A DNA stretch of 64,000 nt. It comes from Anaeroplasma bactoclasticum (GTDB lineage Bacteria; Bacillota_I; Bacilli_A; ML615J-28; CAG-313). Of this stretch, positions 8,537 to 18,104 are shown piece after piece. The notes beneath the pieces were generated by a model that was given only the letters and a program-made list of their open reading frames with translations, searched no databases and was not told the origin of the DNA. The translations under genes and the position numbers were made by a program. Numbering within the stretch: position 1 is the first letter of the stretch; every line of letters begins with the position of its first letter. The DNA lies in NCBI GenBank assembly GCA_023667245.1, contig JAMPAL010000001.1, positions 65,317-129,316 of the forward strand, in the 5' to 3' direction.

Positions 8537-9703
8537 CTATTTCTCATTTTCAATAAAACAACCATGCACATTATAGTATCCAAGTTCGCGATTACTACCA
8601 TCATATAACCTTGCATAATCATCTACTTTATATTCACTTCTTATGCCTTGTTCATCATATAAATATCCTAGATTGCCACGTATATATCTTTTGTTTCCAA
8701 TGGTATAATAGGTTGTTGTACCTGTTTGTGAAGGATGACTAGCCCAATGGCTAAGCGCGCTAGTGAGATGCATAAAACTCAAATCATTTTGATCAGCATA
8801 TCCATCAGAGTAATACACTTCACGTTCTTCTAGACGTTTTTTCTCTTCTACATAATATGTTTCATATTTATCCCACAATGCATTGTATGCATCTTGATAT
8901 TTTTCTTTGCAATTTGGAGGAAGACAACCATAAAGTTGGTCATATGTCGATATCGTCTGATTGGCTAACCGAAGATCACTCATTTGCATTATATTATCAA
9001 AAATAGCCATTGCATAAAATCTAGTTGCTGTTAGTTTAGATTCATCATCAGTTAAATATTGCATAGCCAGTTGATAGGATTCCATAAATGCTTTTCGTTC
9101 TGAGTCATTTCCCCATATATAATATCCAAATACACAAATCAAATGGGCATGACCATATAAACTTTCCCAAGTCATTCGAGAATAAAAAGGATTATACATC
9201 TCATACTCTTTTAGAATTTCATCTGAATTGGTTTGTCTTAACTTTAGAATTTCTTTTAAATAAGTGACTGATTTTTTCATGCTATCATAGGCCATATCTT
9301 GATTCATATACCCTTCTACATATATATCCAAATAACATTTTGCTCGATACAATTGAAATAATCCATCTTTGATTTGGGGATGGGCCACGCAAAAATGACA
9401 TAAATTATCCCACTCTTCTAATTCCTCTAAAAGCATGGCATACATACCATATGCATACGTATTTCCTAAATCACAAGCTTTTTGAAGTAATTGTTGATAT
9501 TCTTGAATATTTGGCTCTGATGCTTTCACAACTTTGGGTTGAAATAGCAGTAATGCTTTGCAAAAAATTCCTCTTGCATTTTCAGTATCTGCCACAAAAC
9601 AAACTTTACGATAACATTCTTCATATGCTTGATTTTGATAATCCTCTAATGCTTCTTGTAGCAATTTGTGTTGAGGGTTTATTTTTTTGCGAAATAATCC
9701 CAT
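8537..9703 (-). CDS. Hypothetical cytoplasmic protein: helical N-terminal part plus C-terminal YD/WG-like beta-repeat motifs
   Basis: 388 aa with no signal peptide or TM. The N-terminal part is helical-repeat-like (KACDLGNTYAYGMYAMLLEE). The C-terminus has GYLYDEQGIRSEYKVDDYARLYDGSNRELGYYNVHG. It starts 3 nt after the upstream 128-aa gene. Function unknown. Confidence 0.4.
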   Translation of the reverse strand: MGLFRKKINPQHKLLQEALEDYQNQAYEECYRKVCFVADTENARGIFCKALLLFQPKVVKASEPNIQEYQQLLQKACDLGNTYAYGMYAMLLEELEEWDNLCHFCVAHPQIKDGLFQLYRAKCYLDIYVEGYMNQDMAYDSMKKSVTYLKEILKLRQTNSDEILKEYEMYNPFYSRMTWESLYGHAHLICVFGYYIWGNDSERKAFMESYQLAMQYLTDDESKLTATRFYAMAIFDNIMQMSDLRLANQTISTYDQLYGCLPPNCKEKYQDAYNALWDKYETYYVEEKKRLEEREVYYSDGYADQNDLSFMHLTSALSHWASHPSQTGTTTYYTIGNKRYIRGNLGYLYDEQGIRSEYKVDDYARLYDGSNRELGYYNVHGCFIENEK

Positions 9704-9705
9704 AT

Positions 9706-10092
9706 CTATTTTATCTTTTGTACAACTGTTGGATTCAACATATCTTGATGATTATCTTGTTTACTAATTAAAACAATAATAACCTTAAATATATAATAAA
9801 ATTGGGCTGTAGTTAATACTTTTTTAATCAATTTACGTTCCTCTTTTGTTGTATTACCCTTTTTCCATTTAGAACCAAAGGCATTAACTTTTTTGAATTC
9901 TCCTCCACGCATAGCAAGATATCCTGCAACAAGTGCCAAATTCATTGGCGTTTTTGACATTTTTCCTTTAGTACATTTCAATACTTCTTGTGTATCCATT
10001 AATAGTTGATCTTGTTCTAATGCACTGAATGTAGTGTAATCAGTTTTTGATAAATCGATAAATTTATAACTGTTTTTGTCAAATTTTTTCAT
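9706..10092 (-). CDS. Hypothetical small protein with a C-terminal hydrophobic segment
   Basis: 128 aa; GGAG-type RBS (aagaggagaaaaataATG). It has a C-terminal hydrophobic stretch (AQFYYIFKVIIVLI) and no motif I recognise. Confidence 0.35.
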   Translation of the reverse strand: MKKFDKNSYKFIDLSKTDYTTFSALEQDQLLMDTQEVLKCTKGKMSKTPMNLALVAGYLAMRGGEFKKVNAFGSKWKKGNTTKEERKLIKKVLTTAQFYYIFKVIIVLISKQDNHQDMLNPTVVQKIK

Positions 10093-10171
10093 TATTTTTC
10101 TCCTCTTTGATTATTTTTTTCATTATATCATAAAGGGTGCTGATAAAGTGCTAATATTTAGATGGATTTAT

Positions 10172-10213
10172 CAAAAAAAGACTGAATATGAGAAAATACT
10201 CTTTCAGTCTTTT
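10172..10213 (-). terminator. Rho-independent terminator after the OB-fold lipoprotein gene
   Basis: Stem aaagactgaa (10177-10186) / ttcagtcttt (10204-10213). On the minus strand it is followed by a T-run (complement of 10173-10179). It lies 12 nt after the stop at 10225. Confidence 0.6.
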
Positions 10214-10224
10214 ATAAATATAAA

Positions 10225-13050
10225 TTATTCTTCTACAATAGTATAATTTGCTATTACATATGTATACTGAGTCTTATACCAATTGTAAGCTAGCAATGTT
10301 ACACAAATGTTTTTTCCATTTAAAGCTTCTAATGCTTGATAATTTTCTGCATAATAGTTGGCATTGGTATAATTGTACAATTCAATTTCATCACTACCTA
10401 CAGATAGATAAGCTCTTTGATTTGCGCCCTCTATATGTACTGTAGCAACAACATCTTGATACACCACTGCGCCTAATTTTGCATCTTCTCCTGCTAGGCT
10501 AGCAGCAACCAAATTAGCAAATAGGATATCTTTTATAAAGGAATTGTTAGGTACTGCATTTCCCTTAGAAACAACAGTAATCGTTGTGCCTGTAGCAAAT
10601 TGTGGTAAGCCATAATACAAATCCATATTTCCTTTTAAAATGACTTTATCCCCAACCTCAACTGTACCTTGGGTTTTGCAATATAGTGTTCCTGTTTCAT
10701 CGGTTACAAAGAATCCCCAAGAAGCAGCTCCTTTGGATTTCACAACAGCACTTACAATTCCTTCAACCACTACAGTTGATCCATTTCTTTGTGCTTGTTC
10801 TCTAAATGCTGCAACAGTAATACTTTCAGCTTTAACAATTTTGAAAGAAACCTCAATGGTCGTTTGATATGTGCCATATGCAAAATCAAGTGCCAATGTA
10901 ACATCTTCTGTTTGAGTAGGAGAAGCAATCGTAAGCGTAAATACTTGACCTACCTGTGATGCACTAACTTGTTTAGAACTACAGTTATCAAGAGATAGGG
11001 TAGCTCCTTCTGGCACATTGTATGTAATGGTTGCTTCATTGGCATATTCAGAAACAAATAAATGCTCAATGGTAGATTTTTCAAAATAACCTAATAAATG
11101 ATCTGGTGTTGCAACTTCACCTAATACTTGTAACACGCCTGCTTTCCAAACAAACTTCTTGCTTGATACTGCACCAATTCGAAGCGTAACATAAGCTTCA
11201 ACACATTTACCAGCGTATTGTTCTAACCATGCATATTCACCTGGACCATTTTTACCTGAATTTTGTGAATACACAATCATACTTAGTGATGGATCATTGA
11301 GATCATGGATATAGTAATTGACATAAGAACCTGTTGTTCTTTCTACATACATTGTTGTTTTAAAAACCATATTACTGATATTATTGTCAGATGGATTTTG
11401 AACAAGACTAGCAAAATCTTTTTCCTCAATGTATTCAACTGGTAATTCATGTTCTTGCCAGTCATGATACAAAACTTCTGCTTGATTTAAGCGAATAGAT
11501 CCTGTATGGTTATGATCTTCTCTTGGTTGATATAAATCACCAAAACCAGTTACATATACATATTCACCTATTTTTAATTTGGTAATATCTGTTGTTGTAT
11601 CTACTGCAGTGGATACAAATACAGCAATGGAACTGGTCTCATCCATGATTTCAAAGCCAGCTGGAGTTGTCGTTCCTTTTAAATATAAGAAGCCTACAAC
11701 ATATCCTTGAATAGTGACTTGTTGTCCCACTGGTACTTTTCTTGCTTCTTCAATGGATATGGTTTCAATATCAGGTTTGGATATAGCTCCTTCAAAAGAA
11801 ATGATTCTTGTTGCCACCAAATCATTATATTGAAGGGTAATTTCTACTTCCATTTTAGTTAATTCTACACCAAAATCAAGTGATATTTCATATATATCTT
11901 CTTTTTGAGCTAAGGTTACCCCATTGGATACAGATGTATAACTTACCTTTGCTCCTTCTAATTGCTGATCTGTTGTTGCAAGGGTAAATGTACATGGATT
12001 ATCATAAGTCTTACTAAACTGAGTGGCTAGACGATCTAACGCATATTCCATATAAGTTTTATCATCTACATTCACCTCATCTAAAATTTGAATAGGTACA
12101 ATACGCCAGAAATTACCGCTTGCGGAAAGTTTACAATTGTGCACAGCGATTAAACATTCTCTTACACTACCATCGTATTCTTCTAGCCAAGCAAGATCCT
12201 TACCATTTGCAGTTGTATATGCATAATAACTATTGACACCATTTAAGTCATTGAAGTAATAGTTGACAAAACCATTTCCTACAGATTTATGAATGTTTGC
12301 AACTACTTTATATACATTCGATGTAATATTTTCTGATACAGGTATCATACATAAATCAGCAATTGATGTCTCTTGAATAAATGACATTGGCACAGAATGA
12401 ATTTGGTTATCATTCGTGAGTGTGGTAGGGATAATTTGTTTAGCACCTGTATAACCTGCTTTTTCAGCTGAAGTTGTACTATTGGCATCAACATACTTTG
12501 TAAATTCACCTTGAATATGTACAAGGTTACCTACTTTTACTGTTTCTGCATAACTTGAACTGTGTACATAAATGGAATCAGTCTCATCAAATATATAGAA
12601 ACCCACTGGTACATTCTTTTCAGTCCCATAAACAACATAAGCTACAATTCCCTCTACTACAACAGCTTCTCCGGCATTGTATTGCTTTACCTCTTGAATG
12701 GTCGTCTTACTCTTTGCGACAACAGTAACTGAATAGACTTTCTTTTCACTGTAATCATCTTTTGTAAATGTAACAGTAATTTCTATGGTTACATTTTCAG
12801 TTTGTCGATTGACTATACCTTCGTTAGAAATAATATTTTCATCCGAAGACATATAACTGAGTGTTACCTCACCAAGTTTTGTTTTAAATTCGAGATTCGC
12901 TTCTACTTTGGACAAATCAACGTCTTTAAAACATTCAACCATTGCATCTTTGACTGCAGTTTGTGCATTATTTTGAACCACACAAGCAGTCATTCCTAAA
13001 GATGCCCAGACTAAAGCTAGAAAAACAAATACTTTTTTCATCTTTTTCAA
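10225..13050 (-). CDS. Surface lipoprotein with three tandem OB-fold-containing modules
   Basis: 941 aa with a lipobox signal, MKKMKKVFVFLALVWASLGMTAC. An N-terminal small Ig-like segment (LEFKTKLGEVTLSYMSSDENIISNEGIVNRQTENVTIEITVTF) comes first. Three OB-fold-like segments follow, of the kind seen in extracellular nucleases (YhcR/ExeM type): GEAVVVEGIVAYVV..VGFYIFDETDSIYVH..VGNLVHIQG; GQQVTIQGYVVGFLY..AGFEIMDETSSIAVF..IGEYVYVTG; GSTVVVEGIVSAVV..WGFFVTDETGTLYCK..VGDKVILKG. I see no nuclease catalytic domain. Confidence 0.7.
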   Translation of the reverse strand: MKKMKKVFVFLALVWASLGMTACVVQNNAQTAVKDAMVECFKDVDLSKVEANLEFKTKLGEVTLSYMSSDENIISNEGIVNRQTENVTIEITVTFTKDDYSEKKVYSVTVVAKSKTTIQEVKQYNAGEAVVVEGIVAYVVYGTEKNVPVGFYIFDETDSIYVHSSSYAETVKVGNLVHIQGEFTKYVDANSTTSAEKAGYTGAKQIIPTTLTNDNQIHSVPMSFIQETSIADLCMIPVSENITSNVYKVVANIHKSVGNGFVNYYFNDLNGVNSYYAYTTANGKDLAWLEEYDGSVRECLIAVHNCKLSASGNFWRIVPIQILDEVNVDDKTYMEYALDRLATQFSKTYDNPCTFTLATTDQQLEGAKVSYTSVSNGVTLAQKEDIYEISLDFGVELTKMEVEITLQYNDLVATRIISFEGAISKPDIETISIEEARKVPVGQQVTIQGYVVGFLYLKGTTTPAGFEIMDETSSIAVFVSTAVDTTTDITKLKIGEYVYVTGFGDLYQPREDHNHTGSIRLNQAEVLYHDWQEHELPVEYIEEKDFASLVQNPSDNNISNMVFKTTMYVERTTGSYVNYYIHDLNDPSLSMIVYSQNSGKNGPGEYAWLEQYAGKCVEAYVTLRIGAVSSKKFVWKAGVLQVLGEVATPDHLLGYFEKSTIEHLFVSEYANEATITYNVPEGATLSLDNCSSKQVSASQVGQVFTLTIASPTQTEDVTLALDFAYGTYQTTIEVSFKIVKAESITVAAFREQAQRNGSTVVVEGIVSAVVKSKGAASWGFFVTDETGTLYCKTQGTVEVGDKVILKGNMDLYYGLPQFATGTTITVVSKGNAVPNNSFIKDILFANLVAASLAGEDAKLGAVVYQDVVATVHIEGANQRAYLSVGSDEIELYNYTNANYYAENYQALEALNGKNICVTLLAYNWYKTQYTYVIANYTIVEE

Positions 13051-13163
13051 ATTTTCCTTTTCTTCAAATTTTTGGGGGGAGATGTAATCTCAAACATATT
13101 ATATCTTGCTTCTGTTTTTTTTACAAGAAAAGACAATTAGAAAGCGTTGTCAAAAAAGAAGAT

Positions 13164-13206
13164 GAAAAAAAGATAAAGGCTACTCTTGTTTAGAAAGCCT
13201 TTATCT
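13164..13206 (-). terminator. Putative terminator downstream of the aminopeptidase / ABC-F gene string
   Basis: 11-bp perfect stem agataaaggct (13171-13181) / agcctttatct (13196-13206) with a 14-nt loop. On the minus strand it is followed by a T-run (complement of 13165-13170). Confidence 0.45.
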
Positions 13207-13315
13207 TGTGATTGTACTTGATCCTCAAACGTCTTTTAATGGTTTATCAATATCTCTTTTCATAAATTGAATCCTATCGTTTGAGAGATTATTCTATTTC
13301 TTTAGGAAATTTTTA

Positions 13316-14599
13316 TTAAGCTATTTTTTTGAATGTTTTCAAAATAGCCTTGCCTTTTTCTTTTTGAATAGATATTTCATAAAACTGTTGAAACACTTGT
13401 TTCATATATATCACATCCTGTGTTCCAGCAGTTTCATAACAAGAATGCATAGCGAGTTGGGCAAGTCCTATGTCTACACTAGGTATACTAAAATGTGACT
13501 GCGAAATAGCCCCCAAAGTACTTCCACCTCTTATATCACTACGATTGGTATAATCTTGGTAAGGTACTTGAACCATTTGACATATTTTTTTAAAGATAGC
13601 CTCACTATACCCATCTGTAGTATAGCTTAATCCAGCTTGGTGCTTAATCACAATTCCTTTATTCATATATACTGCATTGCTCATATCACTTTTTTCAGGA
13701 TGATTAGGATGTACCGCATGTGCATTATCTGCCGAAACCATAAAAGATTGAGACATCAAGGAATAAAAATCTAATGATAGGGCTTGAGCAATTCTTGTCA
13801 ATACATCTATTAGGAAACTAGAATCAGCACCATTAGAAGATCTACTTCCTACTTCTTCATTGTTAAAAATAGCCGCTACAGCAATACTAGACGGTGTAGC
13901 ATTCACTAAGGCATCTATAGATAAATAGGCACATTCTAAATCATCTAGCCTGCCAGATAATATATATTCTTGATTTGCCCCTCCTAGACATGCTTCTTCC
14001 TTATTATATAAGAATAAATCATGAGATAGAATTTTTTTCCCTTTTGCACACAAAGATAACTTGTCTTCAAATGCAGTGGATGATTCTGAAAAAATTGGCA
14101 ATAAATCTACTTGTGCATTTGGTGAAAATTCATTACTTCTGTTCATATGAATGGCTACACTTGGAATGACCAATGTTTGGTCCAGTGCAACCAATTGTTC
14201 ATGAACCATATCTCCTTCTTCAACAAATATTCTCCCCGCAACGCCAAGAGGTCTATCGAACCATGTATAATGTAACATACCGCCATAGGGCTCTGTATTA
14301 AGACGCGTATAATCGTTACGCATATCTTGAAGTGTCATATTGGGTTTTAATTTGTAACAAGGAGAATCGCTATGGCTAGCTATAATAGAACATGTAGGTG
14401 TATTGACCTCTTTGGGAATTTGAAAAGCAATGATACTCGATCCATTTTTAATAACATAGTATTTTCCACCTAATTCTATTTCCCATTTGTTTTCTTCATA
14501 TAACTGAATAAATCCTGCTTGTTCTAGCTTCATTTGAAGTTGGTAAATGGCATGAAAACAAGTATAAGATTGATTTAAAAATGACATCAGTGCTTTCAT
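13316..14599 (-). CDS. M18-family aminopeptidase (aspartyl aminopeptidase-like)
   Basis: 427 aa. FLNQSYTCFHAI...LEQAGFIQLYEENKWEIELGGKYYVIKNGSSIIAF, SHSDSPCYKLKPN, VGSRSSNGADS and HSCYET are characteristic M18 blocks (from memory). Confidence 0.88.
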   Translation of the reverse strand: MKALMSFLNQSYTCFHAIYQLQMKLEQAGFIQLYEENKWEIELGGKYYVIKNGSSIIAFQIPKEVNTPTCSIIASHSDSPCYKLKPNMTLQDMRNDYTRLNTEPYGGMLHYTWFDRPLGVAGRIFVEEGDMVHEQLVALDQTLVIPSVAIHMNRSNEFSPNAQVDLLPIFSESSTAFEDKLSLCAKGKKILSHDLFLYNKEEACLGGANQEYILSGRLDDLECAYLSIDALVNATPSSIAVAAIFNNEEVGSRSSNGADSSFLIDVLTRIAQALSLDFYSLMSQSFMVSADNAHAVHPNHPEKSDMSNAVYMNKGIVIKHQAGLSYTTDGYSEAIFKKICQMVQVPYQDYTNRSDIRGGSTLGAISQSHFSIPSVDIGLAQLAMHSCYETAGTQDVIYMKQVFQQFYEISIQKEKGKAILKTFKKIA

Positions 14600-15837
14600 T
14601 AGAATACAAAATTCCCTTCTTTAAAAATTTGAATTTGTTTTCCGTCATGAGTAGTACCCATAATCTCCATATCTGCTGAACCAAACATGAAGTCCACATG
14701 TGTCAATGACACATTATATCCTAGTTGAACCAGTTCTTCTTCTGACATCGTTGTACCTCCTACTACATTCATTGAATAGGCATTGCCAAGCGCCAAATGG
14801 CATGAAGCATTTTCATCAAACAAGGTATCATTGAATAAAATATTTAAATTGGATATAGGAGAATCATGCGATATCAATGCAACTTCCCCTAACCTAGAAG
14901 ATCCCTCATCTAGTTCAATTAAACTTTTTAAAGCCTCTTTTCCAACTTTTGCATCATACTCTACAACTTTCCCATCTTTGAAAATAAAATAAAAATCTTG
15001 AATCAATTGCCCTTGATAATTGAGTGGTTTTGTGCTGACTACTTTACCATTTACTTTATCTTTATGTGGCATAGTAAATACCTCTTCGGTAGGAATATTG
15101 GGTACAAAATAAACGCCATTGCCACCCATTTCTCCTCCACCTGCCCAAAGATGATTTTCAACCAATTCAATCATTAAATCCGTACCTAAACTATTTTTGA
15201 AATGCAAACTTTGGAAGCGATAATCATTCATTTTTTGACTATGTTCTTCTAGAGTATGGGTATGTTTTTTCCAATCTTCTACTGGATTGTTCTCCACACT
15301 AATTCTTGATGTATACATAATGGCATCAAATAACTTATCCCATGCTTCAGTTGGTTCTGCATCTGGAAAAACAGTTTTGCACCATGCCTCATTGGGATAG
15401 GCCACAATTGTCCATTGTGATTTACTTGCACTATAGTGATTATGGAAAAAAGCAGTTTTCGGACCAATAGCACGTTCAGCCAACATCAATCTAGACATAT
15501 CCACTCCTTGCATACCGTGAGGATTTCTAGAGTCAATGGCAATACGACAAGCATTTTGATCAACAAAATAATGCATCCTATCTATTTGCCATGTTGGAAT
15601 ATCTTGTAAGGTTTCGTCTGTAGCATAAGTATAATAGTTTCGGTTTAATTCATCATCACTCCAGTCGATATATACCTTTTTTGCACCAGCCTGATAAGCT
15701 TCTTTTTGAATCAACTTTGCAAGTGGGGCTGCCTCTAAGGTAGATGCCACAACGACAATTTGTCCTTTTTGAACATTGGCACCCACTTTTACGGCTAGAC
15801 TCGCTAATTTTTCTAATAAGATTTGTTTTTTATTCAC
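14599..15837 (-). CDS. pepS: M29-family aminopeptidase (PepS/AmpS type)
   Basis: 412 aa. LEKLASLAVKVGANVQKGQIVVVASTLEAAPLAKLIQKEAYQAGAKKVYIDWSDDEL plus the C-terminal HVDFMFG... blocks are typical of M29 thermophilic metalloprotease / aminopeptidase S. Confidence 0.88.
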   Translation of the reverse strand: MNKKQILLEKLASLAVKVGANVQKGQIVVVASTLEAAPLAKLIQKEAYQAGAKKVYIDWSDDELNRNYYTYATDETLQDIPTWQIDRMHYFVDQNACRIAIDSRNPHGMQGVDMSRLMLAERAIGPKTAFFHNHYSASKSQWTIVAYPNEAWCKTVFPDAEPTEAWDKLFDAIMYTSRISVENNPVEDWKKHTHTLEEHSQKMNDYRFQSLHFKNSLGTDLMIELVENHLWAGGGEMGGNGVYFVPNIPTEEVFTMPHKDKVNGKVVSTKPLNYQGQLIQDFYFIFKDGKVVEYDAKVGKEALKSLIELDEGSSRLGEVALISHDSPISNLNILFNDTLFDENASCHLALGNAYSMNVVGGTTMSEEELVQLGYNVSLTHVDFMFGSADMEIMGTTHDGKQIQIFKEGNFVF

Positions 15838-17623
15838 TTTTATATTTCTCCTTTTGATATGCTATTATTTTTTCATGAATGGCTTGTAAATATGTATAGC
15901 GTTGATACAATTGTTCAAGTTTGATTTGAGCTTGTTCAATGGTTTCATTTAAAGCCAATAATTTTTGATAGTCACTTCCACAAAGAAAAGTCTCTTTTTT
16001 GTATTGTTCTAGTCTTTCTTCTTCTTCCATAATCTTTTCTTCAATGGTGTCAAACTCTTTTTTTTCTTGTGATGTAAATCGAGGTATATTTTCTTTTGTT
16101 AGAGATACTTTGGATTTTGTTTCTTTATGCTTTGCTATAGCCTCCGTTACATAATCACTAATCAAACCTGTATACTCTACCAACTTTGTATTTTGATAAA
16201 TAAAACTATGTTGTATCACTTTATCCAAAAAATAACGATCATGTGAAATGACAATTACTGCTCCCTTGAACTTTTCTAAATAATCTTCTAACAGCTCAAT
16301 GGTATATAAATCTAAATCATTGGTTGGCTCATCCAAAAATAGGATATTGGGATTTTGAATCAATACTGTGAGCAATTGTAGTCTTCTTTTTTCTCCACCG
16401 GATAAACAGGATACACTCATATACTGCATTGTTTTGCTGAAAAGAAAATTTTCTAATAATTGACTAGCTGTAAGTGTTCCTTCTAATGTATCTATTTCTT
16501 CTCCAAATTGTTTTAAGTAATCAATAATTTTTATATGACTGCTAGCAATTTGATCTTCTTGTCTAAAGTACCCCACTTTTACTGTATCCCCGATAATAAT
16601 ACTTCCCGTATCTGGCGAAATTTCGCCTAATATGGTCTTAAATAAAGTGGTTTTACCAATACCATTCATTCCTACAATACCTAAACGATCAAAACGTTTG
16701 ACAAGATATGAGAACTGTTGGAATAGTACTTTCCCTTCCATCGACTTCGAAAGATTTACAATTTCGATTGTTTTTTTACCTAGCCTTGTATCTTTACTGG
16801 ATAAACGAATTGTTTGATTTAATTCTTGTATTTGCCTTTGACTTTGTTTGGTCTGTTCTTCTAATGCGTAAAAACGCTCTAACCGTTCCTTAGACTTTGT
16901 CGAACGCGCTTGAGGGTTAAGTGAAGCCCATACAGCCTCTTGTTTTAAAATGGCCTTTAATTTCCGATTTGCAGCCATTTGATGTTCTAATCGTTCTGCT
17001 TTCAATAATAAATAGGCAGAATAATTGGCATCATATATATATACATTTCCTGCTTCTAAATCCATAGTTTTGTGGGTAATTCGTTCTAGAAAATACCGAT
17101 CATGTGTTACTAACAATAGGGCCTTATTCCATTTGATTAAAAATTTTTCCAACCAATTGATCATCCAAATATCTAAATGATTGGTAGGCTCATCTAATAT
17201 CAACAAATCACATGGTTGAACAAGCGTAATCGCAAGCGCCAATCTTCTTTTTTCTCCACCGGATAATTGGCAAACCAATTGATTGTCTTTTTCTAACCCT
17301 AATTTAGAGAGCATTGATTTCATTTCATACTCATTTTCAACATGTGATCTTTTTTTGGCGATGGCTAATACAGTATCCGTTTCTTCAAACACTGGCATCT
17401 GGGAAAGATAGGCTATACGAAGTCCGTTCTTTTTATAAATTGTGCCTGTTAACACATCTTTTTCACCGATAATTGTTTTAAGCAAGGTAGATTTACCAAC
17501 ACCATTGGTGCCAACAAGACCAATTTTATCCGTATCATTAATGGTAAAAGAAACATGATTCAATAGACATTTATCTGTATAACTGACCGAAACATCATGA
17601 AATGTAATGAGCATATGAGTCAC
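15830..17623 (-). CDS. ABC-F family ATPase (two ABC cassettes, no TM domain, C-terminal coiled coil)
   Basis: 597 aa. Walker A GTNGVGKST and GMNGIGKTT; signatures LSGGEKRRL (twice); Walker B LLILDEPTNHLD and ILFLDEPTNDLD. There is a charged inter-domain linker and a C-terminal helical tail, as in Uup/YdiF-like translation factors. Confidence 0.9.
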   Translation of the reverse strand: MTHMLITFHDVSVSYTDKCLLNHVSFTINDTDKIGLVGTNGVGKSTLLKTIIGEKDVLTGTIYKKNGLRIAYLSQMPVFEETDTVLAIAKKRSHVENEYEMKSMLSKLGLEKDNQLVCQLSGGEKRRLALAITLVQPCDLLILDEPTNHLDIWMINWLEKFLIKWNKALLLVTHDRYFLERITHKTMDLEAGNVYIYDANYSAYLLLKAERLEHQMAANRKLKAILKQEAVWASLNPQARSTKSKERLERFYALEEQTKQSQRQIQELNQTIRLSSKDTRLGKKTIEIVNLSKSMEGKVLFQQFSYLVKRFDRLGIVGMNGIGKTTLFKTILGEISPDTGSIIIGDTVKVGYFRQEDQIASSHIKIIDYLKQFGEEIDTLEGTLTASQLLENFLFSKTMQYMSVSCLSGGEKRRLQLLTVLIQNPNILFLDEPTNDLDLYTIELLEDYLEKFKGAVIVISHDRYFLDKVIQHSFIYQNTKLVEYTGLISDYVTEAIAKHKETKSKVSLTKENIPRFTSQEKKEFDTIEEKIMEEEERLEQYKKETFLCGSDYQKLLALNETIEQAQIKLEQLYQRYTYLQAIHEKIIAYQKEKYKSE

Positions 17624-17683
17624 CCTTCCTTTTTCTATTTATCTTATTATACCATATTTTTCCTATTTCCATTCTTTTGTTGC

Positions 17684-17730
17684 AAAGAAAAACACGTAAG
17701 ATGCCTATGCACTCCTACGTGTTCTTTTTT
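17684..17730. terminator. Terminator hairpin immediately after rpmE (bidirectional geometry)
   Basis: Stem aacacgta (17691-17698) / tacgtgtt (17716-17723). T-rich sequence follows on both strands (tctttttt at 17723-17730; complement of aaagaaa at 17684-17690). Confidence 0.55.
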
Positions 17731-17731
17731 A

Positions 17732-17947
17732 CTAATTCTTTTTTTGAGCTTGGGCAGCACGTTTATTGAAACGATCAATTCTACCAGCAGCTTGAACGAA
17801 TTTTTGTTCACCTGTATAAAATGGATGACATTTTGAACAAGTATCCACACGGATTTCGCCTTTTGTAGATCCAGTTTCAAATGTTGAACCACAAGATACA
17901 CAAGTTACAGTTACCTTTTGATACTTTGGATGAATTCCTTCACGCAT
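17732..17947 (-). CDS. rpmE: 50S ribosomal protein L31 (Zn-ribbon type)
   Basis: Start refined to ATG 17947 (GGAAGGAG RBS upstream). [50 protein letters not shown]... carries the CxxC...CxxC of type A L31. Confidence 0.95.
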   Translation of the reverse strand: MREGIHPKYQKVTVTCVSCGSTFETGSTKGEIRVDTCSKCHPFYTGEQKFVQAAGRIDRFNKRAAQAQKKN

Positions 17948-18013
17948 ATTGTTTACACTCCTTCCGCCATGATTTGGTTGTCTATCAATCATAGTAAGTC
18001 ATTAACCTTTCAT

Positions 18014-18042
18014 ATTATATCAAATTTTTAAACAAAAGTCAA
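18014..18042 (-). promoter_or_regulatory. Sigma-A promoter for rpmE
   Basis: On the minus strand: TTGACT (complement of 18037-18042), a 17-nt spacer, then TATAAT (complement of 18014-18019), about 65 nt upstream of the rpmE ATG. Confidence 0.6.
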
Positions 18043-18061
18043 ATGTTTTAAATAGAAGGAT

Positions 18062-18093
18062 GAAAAAATAAGGTAGACCCAAAAGGGTTTACC
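18062..18093 (-). terminator. Rho-independent terminator after the 4,800-aa gene
   Basis: 9-bp stem ggtagaccc (18072-18080) / gggtttacc (18085-18093) with one G:U pair and loop aaaa. On the minus strand it is followed by ttatttttt. It lies 12 nt after the TAA stop at 18105-18107. Confidence 0.65.
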
Positions 18094-18104
18094 TCATTTT
18101 ATTT

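Noticed and set aside
17597-17901. Track ORFs 17597-17836 (+) and 17647-17901 (-) around rpmE
   Set aside because: They overlap the well-supported rpmE CDS and its terminator in other frames or on the other strand. They show no motifs and have an odd, Cys/Phe-rich composition.
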